Assembly (NCBI GenBank): GCA_049516395.1
Contig: JBEKTD010000007.1
Coordinates: 47,853-111,852 of the forward strand
Length of the DNA stretch: 64,000 bases
Direction: 5' to 3'
Source: Sedimentisphaerales bacterium
Lineage (GTDB): Bacteria; Planctomycetota; Phycisphaerae; Sedimentisphaerales; Anaerobacaceae
A program made the translations under genes and the position numbers. The first letter of the stretch is position 1. Every line of letters begins with the position of its first letter. The notes beneath the pieces were generated by a model. It did not search any database, was not told where the DNA came from, and saw only the letters and a list, made by a program, of their open reading frames with translations. Below are positions 1 to 9,072 of this stretch, piece after piece.

Positions 1-736
1 GCAGGCCGACTATTTTTGTTTTCCTGCCGACCCTTTCGGCGGCCCATCTTGCGTCTCCGCCAACCGCGTAAAAGACCCGCACCTGCTTAAGACGCAGCAA
101 CCCTCGCATCGATGATATTACTCCTGCCACCTGCTGGCGTATCATATCCGATGCCTGGTCCGCTGACTTGGTGCTGGTGGAAAGGAGTTCCTGCAGGCGG
201 ATTGACCCTATCGCAAGATTACGCGACGCTGCAATTTGTCCTTCGCGAAGAACGTTGATTTCGGTGCTGCCCCCGCCCACTTCAACAATGACCGAGCTTT
301 TTTCCTCTAATTGTCTTTTTCCAACCTCGTGGCGAACCGCTGCAACTGTCAGACGACTTTCTTCCGAGGAGCTTATCACGTCAACATCAAATCCCGTAGC
401 CATCAGGATACGGTCCAGAAACGCGTCATAGTTGCCCGCCTCACGCACTGCGCTAGTCGCGACCACCTTCACGACATCGGTGTTATACAATTTCAGGACG
501 TTCGTGAAATCCCGAAGAATCAGAACCGCCACCCGCATCGTTGTCCTTTTGATTCTTCCGGCGCGAAACGTGTCCTGCCCGAGTCGCACCCCCCGCTGCA
601 AACGCTCCAATATCTCTATCCTGCCATCGGGCATCGCCTGGGCAATCGCCATCCGTATCGAGTTCGACCCGATATCAACCGCGCCAAATGTCCTGGCGCC
701 CGGGATTTGCTGACTTGTCTTTTTCACAGGGTTCAT
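1..736 (-). CDS. ppx: Ppx/GppA-family exopolyphosphatase, N-terminal ASKHA domains; the 3' end lies beyond the left window edge
   Basis: Absent from the ORF track because there is no stop inside the window. Hand translation from ATG 736 gives MNPVKKTSQQIPGARTFGAVDIGSNSIRMAIAQ...VIVEVGGGSTEINVL. DIGSNS and GGGSTE are the phosphate-binding motifs of Ppx/GppA. The frame stays open to the window edge. Confidence 0.8.
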   Translation of the reverse strand, partial: MNPVKKTSQQIPGARTFGAVDIGSNSIRMAIAQAMPDGRIEILERLQRGVRLGQDTFRAGRIKRTTMRVAVLILRDFTNVLKLYNTDVVKVVATSAVREAGNYDAFLDRILMATGFDVDVISSSEESRLTVAAVRHEVGKRQLEEKSSVIVEVGGGSTEINVLREGQIAASRNLAIGSIRLQELLSTSTKSADQASDMIRQQVAGVISSMRGLLRLKQVRVFYAVGGDARWAAERVGRKTKIVGL

Positions 737-793
737 CCTGACCCTCATAAATTAAAGCTTAAATCCGTTAAAACCACAAAGGCCTATAAATTA

Positions 794-1426
794 TCAATGC
801 TCCCCGCGTTCGAACACAAGCTTTCTGGCAAACACATTTTCAAAAAGCCCGCCTTTGTCCTTCGCCGCGGCAAATTCGGCGTCCAGCGTCTCCGCCGAAC
901 GACATATCATTTTAACCGCCTTTTTGTCCACACGGCAACTTATATCCTTAACCCTGCTTTGGTGCATCTGGTCAAGACCATCGGCGACCCTCAATATGCC
1001 CGCCAGTTTGCGGACAATATTCCGGTCTTTGGTGTTAAGGTCGCGGAAATAAGTATGCTGTTCCTTCGGCAGGGCCTTGCGGTGGTATCGTGCCAGAAGA
1101 GCGATGATGCTTTTGTCACGTAAATCAAACGGCAGGGCGGCGTTTTCCATAATAATTCTCAGGGCTGTTTTGTGATGTCCCTTCTGACCCTCAATCCAGC
1201 CGATGTCGTGAAGCAAAGCGCCGCAGCGAAGCATGAACTTTTCCTGGCCGCCTAAGCGATGCAGTTCAACGAGCTGGTCGAAAAGCTGCAACGCGAGTTT
1301 TTCAACCTGATGGGTATGTTCCCGCTCATAGTTGCATTTCCTTGCCAGGGCAAGCACCGCCTCCAGCGCGGGCAAATTGCCGTGCACGTCGCTGGCAACC
1401 GCAGCTTTTATTTCTTTTTTTCGCAT
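794..1426 (-). CDS. stand-alone HD-domain protein resembling the C-terminal HD domain of long Ppx/GppA enzymes
   Basis: 210 aa with LLHDIGW, KGHHK and LARYHRKALP motifs. It lies directly upstream of the ppx fragment on the same strand. Confidence 0.75.
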   Translation of the reverse strand: MRKKEIKAAVASDVHGNLPALEAVLALARKCNYEREHTHQVEKLALQLFDQLVELHRLGGQEKFMLRCGALLHDIGWIEGQKGHHKTALRIIMENAALPFDLRDKSIIALLARYHRKALPKEQHTYFRDLNTKDRNIVRKLAGILRVADGLDQMHQSRVKDISCRVDKKAVKMICRSAETLDAEFAAAKDKGGLFENVFARKLVFERGEH

Positions 1427-2463
1427 CGGCTGTCGTCCCGTGAAGCCGTTTTCCTGTTCGTCTCTGAAACATGCTGCGACCGTGAGGAGGGTGTTTGAAT
1501 CATCGCACGAAGATTATCCGGCAATCCCGCTTCGGTAATTTCCTTCCACAAAGCCCTGCTCCTCTCGAAGAACAATTCCCTGTCGGCGTGTCGATGTCCC
1601 ACAAGGTATTCAATTCCCGTTCTTAGCCGGCCAAAGGCCCTTTCGCTGCCAAAGTATTTGACCGTCCGCTTTTTCTCCTTGTCGGTGAACTTCGCGAGGT
1701 CTTCGAGCCACACGTCGCAATCGTGCACCCTGCCAAGAAGCGACTGCAACCTTTTCATAATCTCTATGTTGGCGCTTAGCCGTCTCTCGAAAGGCAGATT
1801 GCAAATTTCCAGTGTATAACGCAGCCGTTTGGCGGCGATTCTCATCTGGTGATGTCCCGACTTGTCGTCAGCGTTCTCAAGGCAGTTCTGGCAGGACAGC
1901 AATCCTTCGAGCCGTTCTTCGATATGCCGTCTCAATTCTTCAAAAACATACGGGCTGCGAATATCGATATTTTGCCGGGACAGCCGTCTTTCGGTGCGCT
2001 TCACTTCGGCACGCATATCCAATATGGTCCCGTCTTTTTTTATGCGGTCGAGCACCTTAACGATTTTTGGCTGGATACGATGACGTTTTTGTTTGACCCG
2101 CAGCATTACCCTTCGCAACCCGGGCCGCAATCCCTTGCCCGCGGGCGGAATCTTCGATATGAAATCCTTGAGAAACTCAACCTGTACGTCGGCGTCTCTG
2201 GCCGCGCCAAGCCGGCTGGTTAATTGCTTAATCTGCTTTTGCCATTTTTTCATCTGCGCATCGGGAAAGCATCCGTTAAACATCCTCAGTGCCGCCCGCA
2301 GCCGGCGAGAAGCGACTCTGGCCTGGTGAACATACTCGGTATCCCGCGCAAGTCGGGCGCCTCGCAGATGCCGGCTCAACTCACACACCTGTACCTTGAT
2401 ATACTGGCACGCCAGAAACTGATAACTCATATCAACCGTTGTTATTTCACTTGAACCAGCCAC
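1408..2463 (-). CDS. CHAD-domain protein (polyphosphate-granule associated family)
   Basis: 351 aa, helical and His/Arg-rich. It carries repeated CHAD-type motifs VHQARVASRRLRAALRMF and HHQMRIAAKRLRYTLE. Its end overlaps the HD gene start by 19 nt. Confidence 0.75.
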   Translation of the reverse strand: MAGSSEITTVDMSYQFLACQYIKVQVCELSRHLRGARLARDTEYVHQARVASRRLRAALRMFNGCFPDAQMKKWQKQIKQLTSRLGAARDADVQVEFLKDFISKIPPAGKGLRPGLRRVMLRVKQKRHRIQPKIVKVLDRIKKDGTILDMRAEVKRTERRLSRQNIDIRSPYVFEELRRHIEERLEGLLSCQNCLENADDKSGHHQMRIAAKRLRYTLEICNLPFERRLSANIEIMKRLQSLLGRVHDCDVWLEDLAKFTDKEKKRTVKYFGSERAFGRLRTGIEYLVGHRHADRELFFERSRALWKEITEAGLPDNLRAMIQTPSSRSQHVSETNRKTASRDDSRCEKKK

Positions 2464-2639
2464 AAAATTGACTCCAACTCAAGGGCAGCAGCCCGTCCGA
2501 ATTGCAAAATTAATATCTCGCTTGTTAATTGCGGGGAAATTACCTTAAGTGCCCTGTGCAACGGGCCTTTGCCGACACACGACGGTCCCGAAAGTATTAC
2601 CAGTCGCCCCATAAGATGTCTCCGCTTATCTTGTATGCC

Positions 2640-3277
2640 CTACGCTGCGTTAGCATACATTCTTGAGCGACTGGAATCAAGATTTATGCCGCGAACTTTC
2701 CCTGCTGCCGCTGCTCTCACCTCAACCTCGTATCCGAATACATCCTCGAACAAATCCGCCTTCCGCACGGCCTTGTGAAAATCTATCCCCTCGTCTCCGA
2801 CAATATAAATAATTACCCGCCCACCTCGCACGCCAAATCCGTAACCAGCTCTTTATGCCCCGCGTCCAAACCATCTACAAACCGAAGAATTGCCGCCAAT
2901 ACTTTTACACATTGCTTCTCATCGTCTTTCAATCCGCGATAATACTTGTGTGAATCACTGGGCAATGCCCCCCGATGGTACCTCGCGACAAGCCCAATCA
3001 TTTTGCGAACGCGCTTTCTGAACGGCAAATTCGCCTCATTGACTATGATATCCCGCGACGCTTTATTGTGATATTCGCCGCTGACACTCTTGCCCACATC
3101 ATGCAATAAAGAAGCTACTTTCAGCCAGATTCGCTCGCTGTTGCCCATCCGGTGCAATGGCTGGAGTTTATCAAATAATTTAAGCGATAACTTCGCCACC
3201 TGCCTGGCATGTCGATGCTCAAAATCATCCCCACCGCACAACCTAATCGCATCTTCAAGTATCGCCGCTGTTTTCAA
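2640..3277 (-). pseudogene. second HD-domain paralog split by a -1 frameshift (ORFs 2813..3277 and 2640..2831)
   Basis: The 154-aa ORF (LLHDVGK, VARYHRGALP) ends ...VTDLACEVGG*. The overlapping 63-aa ORF continues RVIIYIVGDEG..ADLFEDVFGYEVEV. Joined, they align with the C-terminus of the 210-aa paralog (VKDISCRVDKKAVKMIC...GGLFENVFARKLVFE). The shift sits in the G-rich run ggtgggcggg near 2815-2831. Confidence 0.6.
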
Positions 3278-3412
3278 TTCCTTGCCCTCATTGTTTTTAA
3301 TATCGCCTGTGCCTTTATCGGCTTTGCCCAGCTTAACATTAACTTAACAGTAAGACAGGCAGTAACTTAACTATATATCGGATTATATTGTCGCATTTGA
3401 TGATTAGAGAAC

Positions 3413-3455
3413 TGTTATTTAATTGTTAAAATAATGTTAGACGGATTGCGTGTTA
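3413..3455 (-). promoter_or_regulatory. candidate Pho box array upstream of the HD/CHAD/HD/ppx operon
   Basis: TGTTA pentamers start at 3413, 3424, 3435 (11-bp phasing) and 3451. The same motif, phasing and orientation occur upstream of pstS, the porin gene and phoB. Confidence 0.4.
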
Positions 3456-3493
3456 AACGTGGAACTCGGGAAACTGATGTCGATTAGACGCCG

Positions 3494-4303
3494 CTATTTT
3501 ATCTTCAGCTTGGAAATATCATAGCGTGGTTCCGGGAATTTCATCTTTAACTTCTCAAATTCATGAACCAGTATTTCCGAAATTGCCAGGTTTCTGAACC
3601 ACTTGTGATTGGCAGGTACAACGTACCACGGCGCGTAATCGGTGCTGCATCTGGTCAGCACATCCTCGTACGCCTCAGTATATTCGTCCCAGTATTTTCT
3701 CTCTTCGAAATCCGCCGGCTCCGCCTTCCAGTGCTTTGTCGGGTCATCAAGGCGTTCCTTGAAACGCTTCTTCTGCTCGCTCTTACTGATGTGCAGGAAA
3801 AACTTGATAACGTGAATGTCACTTTCAGCTAACAGCTTTTCGAAATTATTTATCTGCTCGAATCGCTTCGACCATATTGATTTAGGCACAAGGTTATGCA
3901 CACGGACAATCAGCACATCCTCATAGTGCGAACGGTTGAATATCCGCACCTCGCCCTTGCGAGGCACAAACCTGTGAACGCGCCACAGAAAATCGTGCGC
4001 CAACTCCTCGTCCGTCGGTCCCTTGAACGACGTAACCTTACAGCTTTGTGGGTTCATCGGCCCCATTACCGTCCGGATTGTCCCGTCTTTGCCGCCGGCG
4101 TCCATCGCCTGAAGCACTATCAGCATCGCACGCTTATTCTCCGCAAATAGCAGGTATTGTAGTTTCGCTATCTTGTCGCCAAGCTTATCCATTACCGGCA
4201 TCGCCAGTTCCTTGCTCTCGTATTTGCCCGTGCAATCCGGGTCCCAGTCGGACAGTTTTGCTTTATGTCCGGGTTTGACCATTAGTTTTTCTATCAGGTT
4301 CAT
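3494..4303 (-). CDS. ppk2: polyphosphate kinase 2 family (polyphosphate:nucleotide phosphotransferase)
   Basis: 269 aa with LQAMDAGGKDGTIRTVM (Walker-A-like), FLWRVHRFVPRKGEVRIFNRSHYEDVL and a YAPWYVVPANHKW tail, all typical of single-domain PPK2. Confidence 0.85.
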   Translation of the reverse strand: MNLIEKLMVKPGHKAKLSDWDPDCTGKYESKELAMPVMDKLGDKIAKLQYLLFAENKRAMLIVLQAMDAGGKDGTIRTVMGPMNPQSCKVTSFKGPTDEELAHDFLWRVHRFVPRKGEVRIFNRSHYEDVLIVRVHNLVPKSIWSKRFEQINNFEKLLAESDIHVIKFFLHISKSEQKKRFKERLDDPTKHWKAEPADFEERKYWDEYTEAYEDVLTRCSTDYAPWYVVPANHKWFRNLAISEILVHEFEKLKMKFPEPRYDISKLKIK

Positions 4304-4441
4304 AAATTAATCCTCTCATTGCTAAAGACATTATCGGCATAAAAATGGTTGCGATTACAGTCAAATACACAAGTAATAGTATGTTCTGTCTTCTAAATGG
4401 CCTTGGAATACTGAACAATTAATCCGAAAAACAACAGAATC

Positions 4442-4457
4442 TAACATTACACTAACG
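4442..4457 (+). promoter_or_regulatory. possible Pho-box half-sites upstream of the small zinc-finger gene
   Basis: TAACA at 4442 and TAACG at 4453, 11 bp apart. This is the reverse complement of the TGTTA motif, so its orientation relative to the plus-strand gene matches the other sites. Only two units are present. Confidence 0.25.
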
Positions 4458-4546
4458 CCTCATTTCTACACTCAATAATCGACAAGTAACAATAACTTAA
4501 TTGCCTGGTGTGATTATGCGGTTAATTTACGCAAGGAGGTTCAAAA

Positions 4547-4837
4547 ATGGGATTTAGAGCCATATCACAAAAACGACGTGCAGATTTTAGCCTTTCGGCT
4601 TCGGAGGAGAGAATCGTGCTGACAGGTTTCTTCAATGAACGAGATCTTGAAATCTTTTTTGAGCTTATACAACACCGGCGACAACTGCCTGTCTTTCACG
4701 GAGATTTCTGGCGATGCTATGACTGCAGCTTTGAGTCCAAAGATTTTAAAGAAATGGCGGTTCATATCATGAGATCTCATGAACGAAGACCAATAAACGT
4801 GGAAGACGAAATAGAGCAGGAACTCGCAGCAGTATAG
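4547..4837 (+). CDS. small protein with a single C2H2-type zinc-finger-like motif
   Basis: 96 aa. A strong SD (aaggagg) lies 7 nt before the ATG. The motif C-YD-C-SFESKDFKEMAV-H-IMRS-H has CX2CX12HX4H spacing. Confidence 0.6.
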   Translation: MGFRAISQKRRADFSLSASEERIVLTGFFNERDLEIFFELIQHRRQLPVFHGDFWRCYDCSFESKDFKEMAVHIMRSHERRPINVEDEIEQELAAV

Positions 4838-4849
4838 TGGATGTAATAA

Positions 4850-5515
4850 TTATTTGTAATCTTCTGTGCGATGGCGGGCGATTTGCCCCTCGACCATATA
4901 GATGACGTCCTCGGCGATATTGGTAGCGTGGTCGGCTATCCGCTCCAGGTGTCTTGACACAGACAACAGGTGAATCAGCGACTCCAGTTGTTCGGGATTA
5001 GTTCTGATGGCATCCTGAATTTTGATATACATCTGTCTGTTCATCGCGTCAACGGCATCATCGCTTGCGCAAACCTCGTGAGCCAGGCCGGAGCTGAGGC
5101 CTATAAGCGCATCCAAACTGTGCTTGAGCATATCCTGCACTTTATCAACCATTTCAATCAGACCCAGAGAAAAACCAACGGGAGGATGTTTAGACAGAAA
5201 CGCTGAACGCTCCGCGATATTCACCGCCAAATCGCCGATGCGTTCGAGGTCATTATTGATTTTCAGCACGGCAACGATAAAACGCAAATCAATTGCGACC
5301 GGCTGATGCAGGGCGAGAATCTTGAGGCAGTCCTCCTCTATCCCTACCTCCATACTGTCAATCCTGGGGTCGTTTTGAATTATCCTCTGGGCGAGGTCGT
5401 AATCGCGGTTCTCAATCGAAAGCGTCGCGTCACGCACGGCCGTCTCAACTCTGGCGCTTAGTGTCAGCAGTTTCTTTTTCAGGTTCTCAATTTCTCTCTG
5501 TAAATGAATCGGCAT
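4850..5515 (-). CDS. phoU: phosphate signalling complex protein PhoU
   Basis: 221 aa with duplicated PhoU helices (ERIGDLAVNIAE and ERIADHATNIAEDVIYMVEG). It sits at the end of the pst operon. Confidence 0.9.
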   Translation of the reverse strand: MPIHLQREIENLKKKLLTLSARVETAVRDATLSIENRDYDLAQRIIQNDPRIDSMEVGIEEDCLKILALHQPVAIDLRFIVAVLKINNDLERIGDLAVNIAERSAFLSKHPPVGFSLGLIEMVDKVQDMLKHSLDALIGLSSGLAHEVCASDDAVDAMNRQMYIKIQDAIRTNPEQLESLIHLLSVSRHLERIADHATNIAEDVIYMVEGQIARHRTEDYK

Positions 5516-5574
5516 TTTTAAATTCCTTTTTCTTTTATGGTCGAGATTGCTTCGCTTGCAATGACACCAAAATA

Positions 5575-6438
5575 TTATCCGAATCTGCCTGTTATGTAAT
5601 CTTCCGTATTCTTGTTGGATGGGTTCTCGAAAATCTTTGAGGTAACATCATATTCTATAAGCTCGCCGAGGCAGAAGAACGCGGTCATCTCACTGACGCG
5701 TGCCGCCTGCTGCATATTGTGAGTAACAATAACAATTGTGTAATTATCTTTTAGCTGATTGATAAGGTCTTCGATTTTACCCGTGGCGAGCGGGTCAAGA
5801 GCGGAACACGGCTCATCCATAAGCAACACCCGCGGCTTAGTCGCAAGCGCTCGTGCGATGCACAGCCGTTGCTGCTGGCCACCGGAAAGAGCCAAAGCGG
5901 ATTTCCTCAAATTGTCTTTTACTTCTTCCCACAGGGCAGATGCCTTCAAGCTTTGTTCGATAATTTCATCCAGGGCTGTTCTTTTTGTGATGCCCTGCAG
6001 ATGTGGGCCGTATGCTACGTTGTCGAATATGCTTTTGGGAAATGGATTTGGTTTTTGGAAGACCATCCCGACCTGCTGACGAAGATTTACGAGATTGACC
6101 CGCTTGTCGTAGATGTCCTGACCGTCCACGACCAGCTTACCTTCCGTCCGAATACCCGGTATGAGGTCGTTCATACGGTTTATGCTGCGAAGAAACGTGC
6201 TTTTGCCGCAGCCGCTGGGGCCGATTATCGCGGTAACGCTACACGGATTTATATTCATCGTAATGTTCTTCACGCCCATCGTTGTGCCATAGTAAAAACT
6301 GAAGTCCTTTGAGCTTATTATTGGACAGGCACATTGTGCGGTTTGGCCGTTTTGGGCTGTCTTGTCGCGCATATTCTCTTTCATAATAGGTTCAGACCTC
6401 TTTTTCCCCACTGATTGTAACAGTCGCATCGTTGCCAT
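5575..6438 (-). CDS. pstB: phosphate ABC transporter ATP-binding protein PstB
   Basis: GPSGCGKST (Walker A), [14 protein letters not shown] (signature), [12 protein letters not shown] (Walker B) and a PstB-type C-terminus [10 protein letters not shown]. The true start may be the internal MKENM (6384). Confidence 0.92.
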   Translation of the reverse strand: MATMRLLQSVGKKRSEPIMKENMRDKTAQNGQTAQCACPIISSKDFSFYYGTTMGVKNITMNINPCSVTAIIGPSGCGKSTFLRSINRMNDLIPGIRTEGKLVVDGQDIYDKRVNLVNLRQQVGMVFQKPNPFPKSIFDNVAYGPHLQGITKRTALDEIIEQSLKASALWEEVKDNLRKSALALSGGQQQRLCIARALATKPRVLLMDEPCSALDPLATGKIEDLINQLKDNYTIVIVTHNMQQAARVSEMTAFFCLGELIEYDVTSKIFENPSNKNTEDYITGRFG

Positions 6439-6441
6439 TGT

Positions 6442-8067
6442 TTAATGACCCGATAGTTTCCTAAATACCCTTGAACGAAGAACAATTGCCACAGTATTAA
6501 GGCAAAGGATCAGCAGCACCAGCGTTACGACCATCCCGAACTGGTTATGCGGCACCATAGCGGCCAGTTTGTCGCCGACGGCCATATCATAACTGCCGTA
6601 GGAAAGCGTGCGTGTCGGGTCAAATATGGATTTGGGTATCGGCCCAAGCGCAACCGCCCCTGTAAACAGTACGGGAGCTGTCTCGCCTGCAACCCTGCTC
6701 AAGCTCAGTATTACGCCTGTTAGAATCCCCGGCAGCGCCGCCGGCAGAGTCACTTTGACAAATGTGCAAAATCTGCTTGCCCCCAATGCCAGTGACGCCT
6801 CTTTGTAGGTCTGGGGCACGGCTCGAATCGCCTCTTCGCTTGCTCGTATCATAACAGGCAATGTCAATACGGCCAGCGTCATCGAAGCGGCCAGAATACA
6901 TCCCTTTGAAGGAGCTCCAAACATTGGCAGAAAAAACAATACGAAAAACGCGAGTCCAAAAAGCCCGAAAACAATACTGGGGACGCCCGCGAGGGTATTG
7001 ATGCTCATCCTGATAATTCTCATGGCAAGATTATCGGATGCGCATTCCACCAGATAGGCGGCGGAAATAACGCCGAAAGGCACGACAAAAAGCATAGCGA
7101 GTATTGTTAATAAAAGTGTTCCGAGGATTTCAGGGCCTACGCCGCCGAAGTAATGCCCGGGAGTGCTGTCATCTGTGAAATACTGCCAGTAAAAAGTCGG
7201 TTTTGGCCTGAGCATTTCGGGCAGATTCTGCTGAATGTAAGCGAAAAGGCCCTCAATCTCCGTGCCGGCAAACCTCTGTGAACGAGGCGTTAGACGCCTG
7301 ACCATCGGCTGTCCCGGTCCCTGCTTAATCCATTCCTCATACCATAACAACCGGCCAAGCAGCTTTTGTGCCAGGTCCCAGCGGGTGGCCCCGAAACGAT
7401 TCATCATCAAAGCATGCGTTGCCGTTCCAGGCGCGGGACCCAATAGTTCGGTTAAAATATCCTCCACCTGACGAATTTCCTGATAATACCTTTGCCGTTC
7501 GGCAAGATTAATTCCGTGTATGTCTTTGCTATATTGTTCGGCAAGCCCAATGAGACCCGCCGCAGAAGTATTCTTAAGCCGTGGGTCATCTTTGAAGTTG
7601 AGGACGTATGCTAAGGATTCGTTCACTTCAGCCGTGTTTGAGCTTGCGAAAGCCGATTCGAGCCGGTCACGAATCTGTCTTGTTACAGACCTCAGTTCAG
7701 CAACATCCTCCGCAGACATATTTGTTTGCTGGAGGTCATTTCCGAACTGACGGTAAATTTGTCTTGCCTTCTCTATGAGGTTCTCGGAATCGATACCGCC
7801 TTTGAATCTTTCGATTGTGCTGTAAATTTTCGCCCGAGCGACTCCCGCCTGTCTGCTCTCCGCCGCAATCTTGTCTTCATCGCCCCGGCCAAATAGCACT
7901 AATTGCATCTTTCTGAACTCGATTGTCCCCTTGAATACAACCGCCGAACCTCCACGCCAAAGCATAGGCCCCAGTACGCCCACAAGCACTAAGCACAGGC
8001 AAACCACCGAAGCTCCCGCAACAACGGTGAAGAACTTGTCTATCGCGATTCGGATACTCGGTCTCAT
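6442..8067 (-). CDS. pstA: phosphate ABC transporter permease PstA (long form with a large extracytoplasmic loop)
   Basis: 541 aa. The C-terminal permease core has the EAA-type motif EASLALGASRFCTFVKVTLPAALPGI. It lies between pstC and pstB. Confidence 0.88.
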   Translation of the reverse strand: MRPSIRIAIDKFFTVVAGASVVCLCLVLVGVLGPMLWRGGSAVVFKGTIEFRKMQLVLFGRGDEDKIAAESRQAGVARAKIYSTIERFKGGIDSENLIEKARQIYRQFGNDLQQTNMSAEDVAELRSVTRQIRDRLESAFASSNTAEVNESLAYVLNFKDDPRLKNTSAAGLIGLAEQYSKDIHGINLAERQRYYQEIRQVEDILTELLGPAPGTATHALMMNRFGATRWDLAQKLLGRLLWYEEWIKQGPGQPMVRRLTPRSQRFAGTEIEGLFAYIQQNLPEMLRPKPTFYWQYFTDDSTPGHYFGGVGPEILGTLLLTILAMLFVVPFGVISAAYLVECASDNLAMRIIRMSINTLAGVPSIVFGLFGLAFFVLFFLPMFGAPSKGCILAASMTLAVLTLPVMIRASEEAIRAVPQTYKEASLALGASRFCTFVKVTLPAALPGILTGVILSLSRVAGETAPVLFTGAVALGPIPKSIFDPTRTLSYGSYDMAVGDKLAAMVPHNQFGMVVTLVLLILCLNTVAIVLRSRVFRKLSGH

Positions 8068-9065
8068 CAGTGTTTCCCGCCTGCTCGTTTGGCTCGTATC
8101 AGAAAATATTCACTGACCATATTCAGGCACAAAGTTATAACCAGCAGCAGCAATCCCGCTGCGAAAAGCGCCCTGTAATGAGGGGAACTCTTTTCTGTCT
8201 CGCCCATATCGCCAGCGATTGTCGCTGTCAACGTCCGAACCGATTGTGACAAGTCCCACCACGGATGCGGTATCTGCGCTGCGTTTCCCGACGCCATCCA
8301 TACGACCATCGTCTCGCCGATTGCCCTCATCATTCCAAGCACTATACCGGCGATTATCCCGCTGTGTGCGGCTGGTATGACAACTTTGAAAATGGTCTCC
8401 ATCCGCGTCGCACCACATCCGTATGACGCCTCTCTCAATTCCCTTCCTACCGCTGAGATTGAATCTTCCGAAACACTTATTATCGTGGGTAAAGCCATCA
8501 CGCCTAAAATAAGCGACGCATTAAGGGCGTTGGTACCCGTGGAAAAGCCGAACTTCTGCTGCATCCACGGAGCCAGAACCATCACCGCGAAAAAGCCGTA
8601 AGCAACCGATGGTATCGCCGCGAGAATCTCAATAATCGGCTTTATGATGTTCCTGATTTTCATCGAGACGATGTCGCTCAGGAAAACCGCGGCCAAAATC
8701 CCTACCGGCACAGCAAATATAATCGAGACAATTGTTACATAGCCCGACCCAACCAGTAACGCCAGTGTCCCGAATTTTGGTGTGACCGCTTCAGGATACC
8801 AGGCAGTGCTTGTGAGAAACTCTTTTATGCTGAAATTGGCAAGAAACGGCAGCGCCTCCCTGATTACGAACAGGAAAATCAGGAACACCGCCAGAACAGA
8901 CGTGCATGTAACAAGAAAAAGGGCCGCCCGGCCGAGGTGAAGCGTAAGAAAACCCCTGATATCCTCGGTCGGTGTAAGCACCAGCGGCCGATGTGAATCG
9001 GCCGCCGGCGCTAACGTGTCCAGTAAAGTTCCCTGCTTTGCTTTAATCGCTAAACTCTCCAACAA
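8067..9065 (-). CDS. pstC: phosphate ABC transporter permease PstC
   Basis: 332 aa and polytopic, with the permease motif EASYGCGATRMETIFKVVIPAA. The start/stop junction with pstA is overlapping. Confidence 0.88.
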   Translation of the reverse strand: MLESLAIKAKQGTLLDTLAPAADSHRPLVLTPTEDIRGFLTLHLGRAALFLVTCTSVLAVFLIFLFVIREALPFLANFSIKEFLTSTAWYPEAVTPKFGTLALLVGSGYVTIVSIIFAVPVGILAAVFLSDIVSMKIRNIIKPIIEILAAIPSVAYGFFAVMVLAPWMQQKFGFSTGTNALNASLILGVMALPTIISVSEDSISAVGRELREASYGCGATRMETIFKVVIPAAHSGIIAGIVLGMMRAIGETMVVWMASGNAAQIPHPWWDLSQSVRTLTATIAGDMGETEKSSPHYRALFAAGLLLLVITLCLNMVSEYFLIRAKRAGGKH

Positions 9066-9072
9066 CAGGTAA

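Noticed and set aside
168-1123. Plus-strand ORFs of 87, 270 and 93 aa (168..431, 311..1123, 432..713) from the track
   Set aside because: They lie antisense to the well-supported minus-strand ppx and HD genes. They are Arg/Ser/Pro-rich with no recognisable motifs or SD, so they are typical shadow ORFs.
2640-2831. 63-aa ORF as an independent gene
   Set aside because: It aligns with the C-terminal part of the HD paralog and overlaps the end of the 154-aa ORF. It is better explained as the downstream half of a frameshifted gene.
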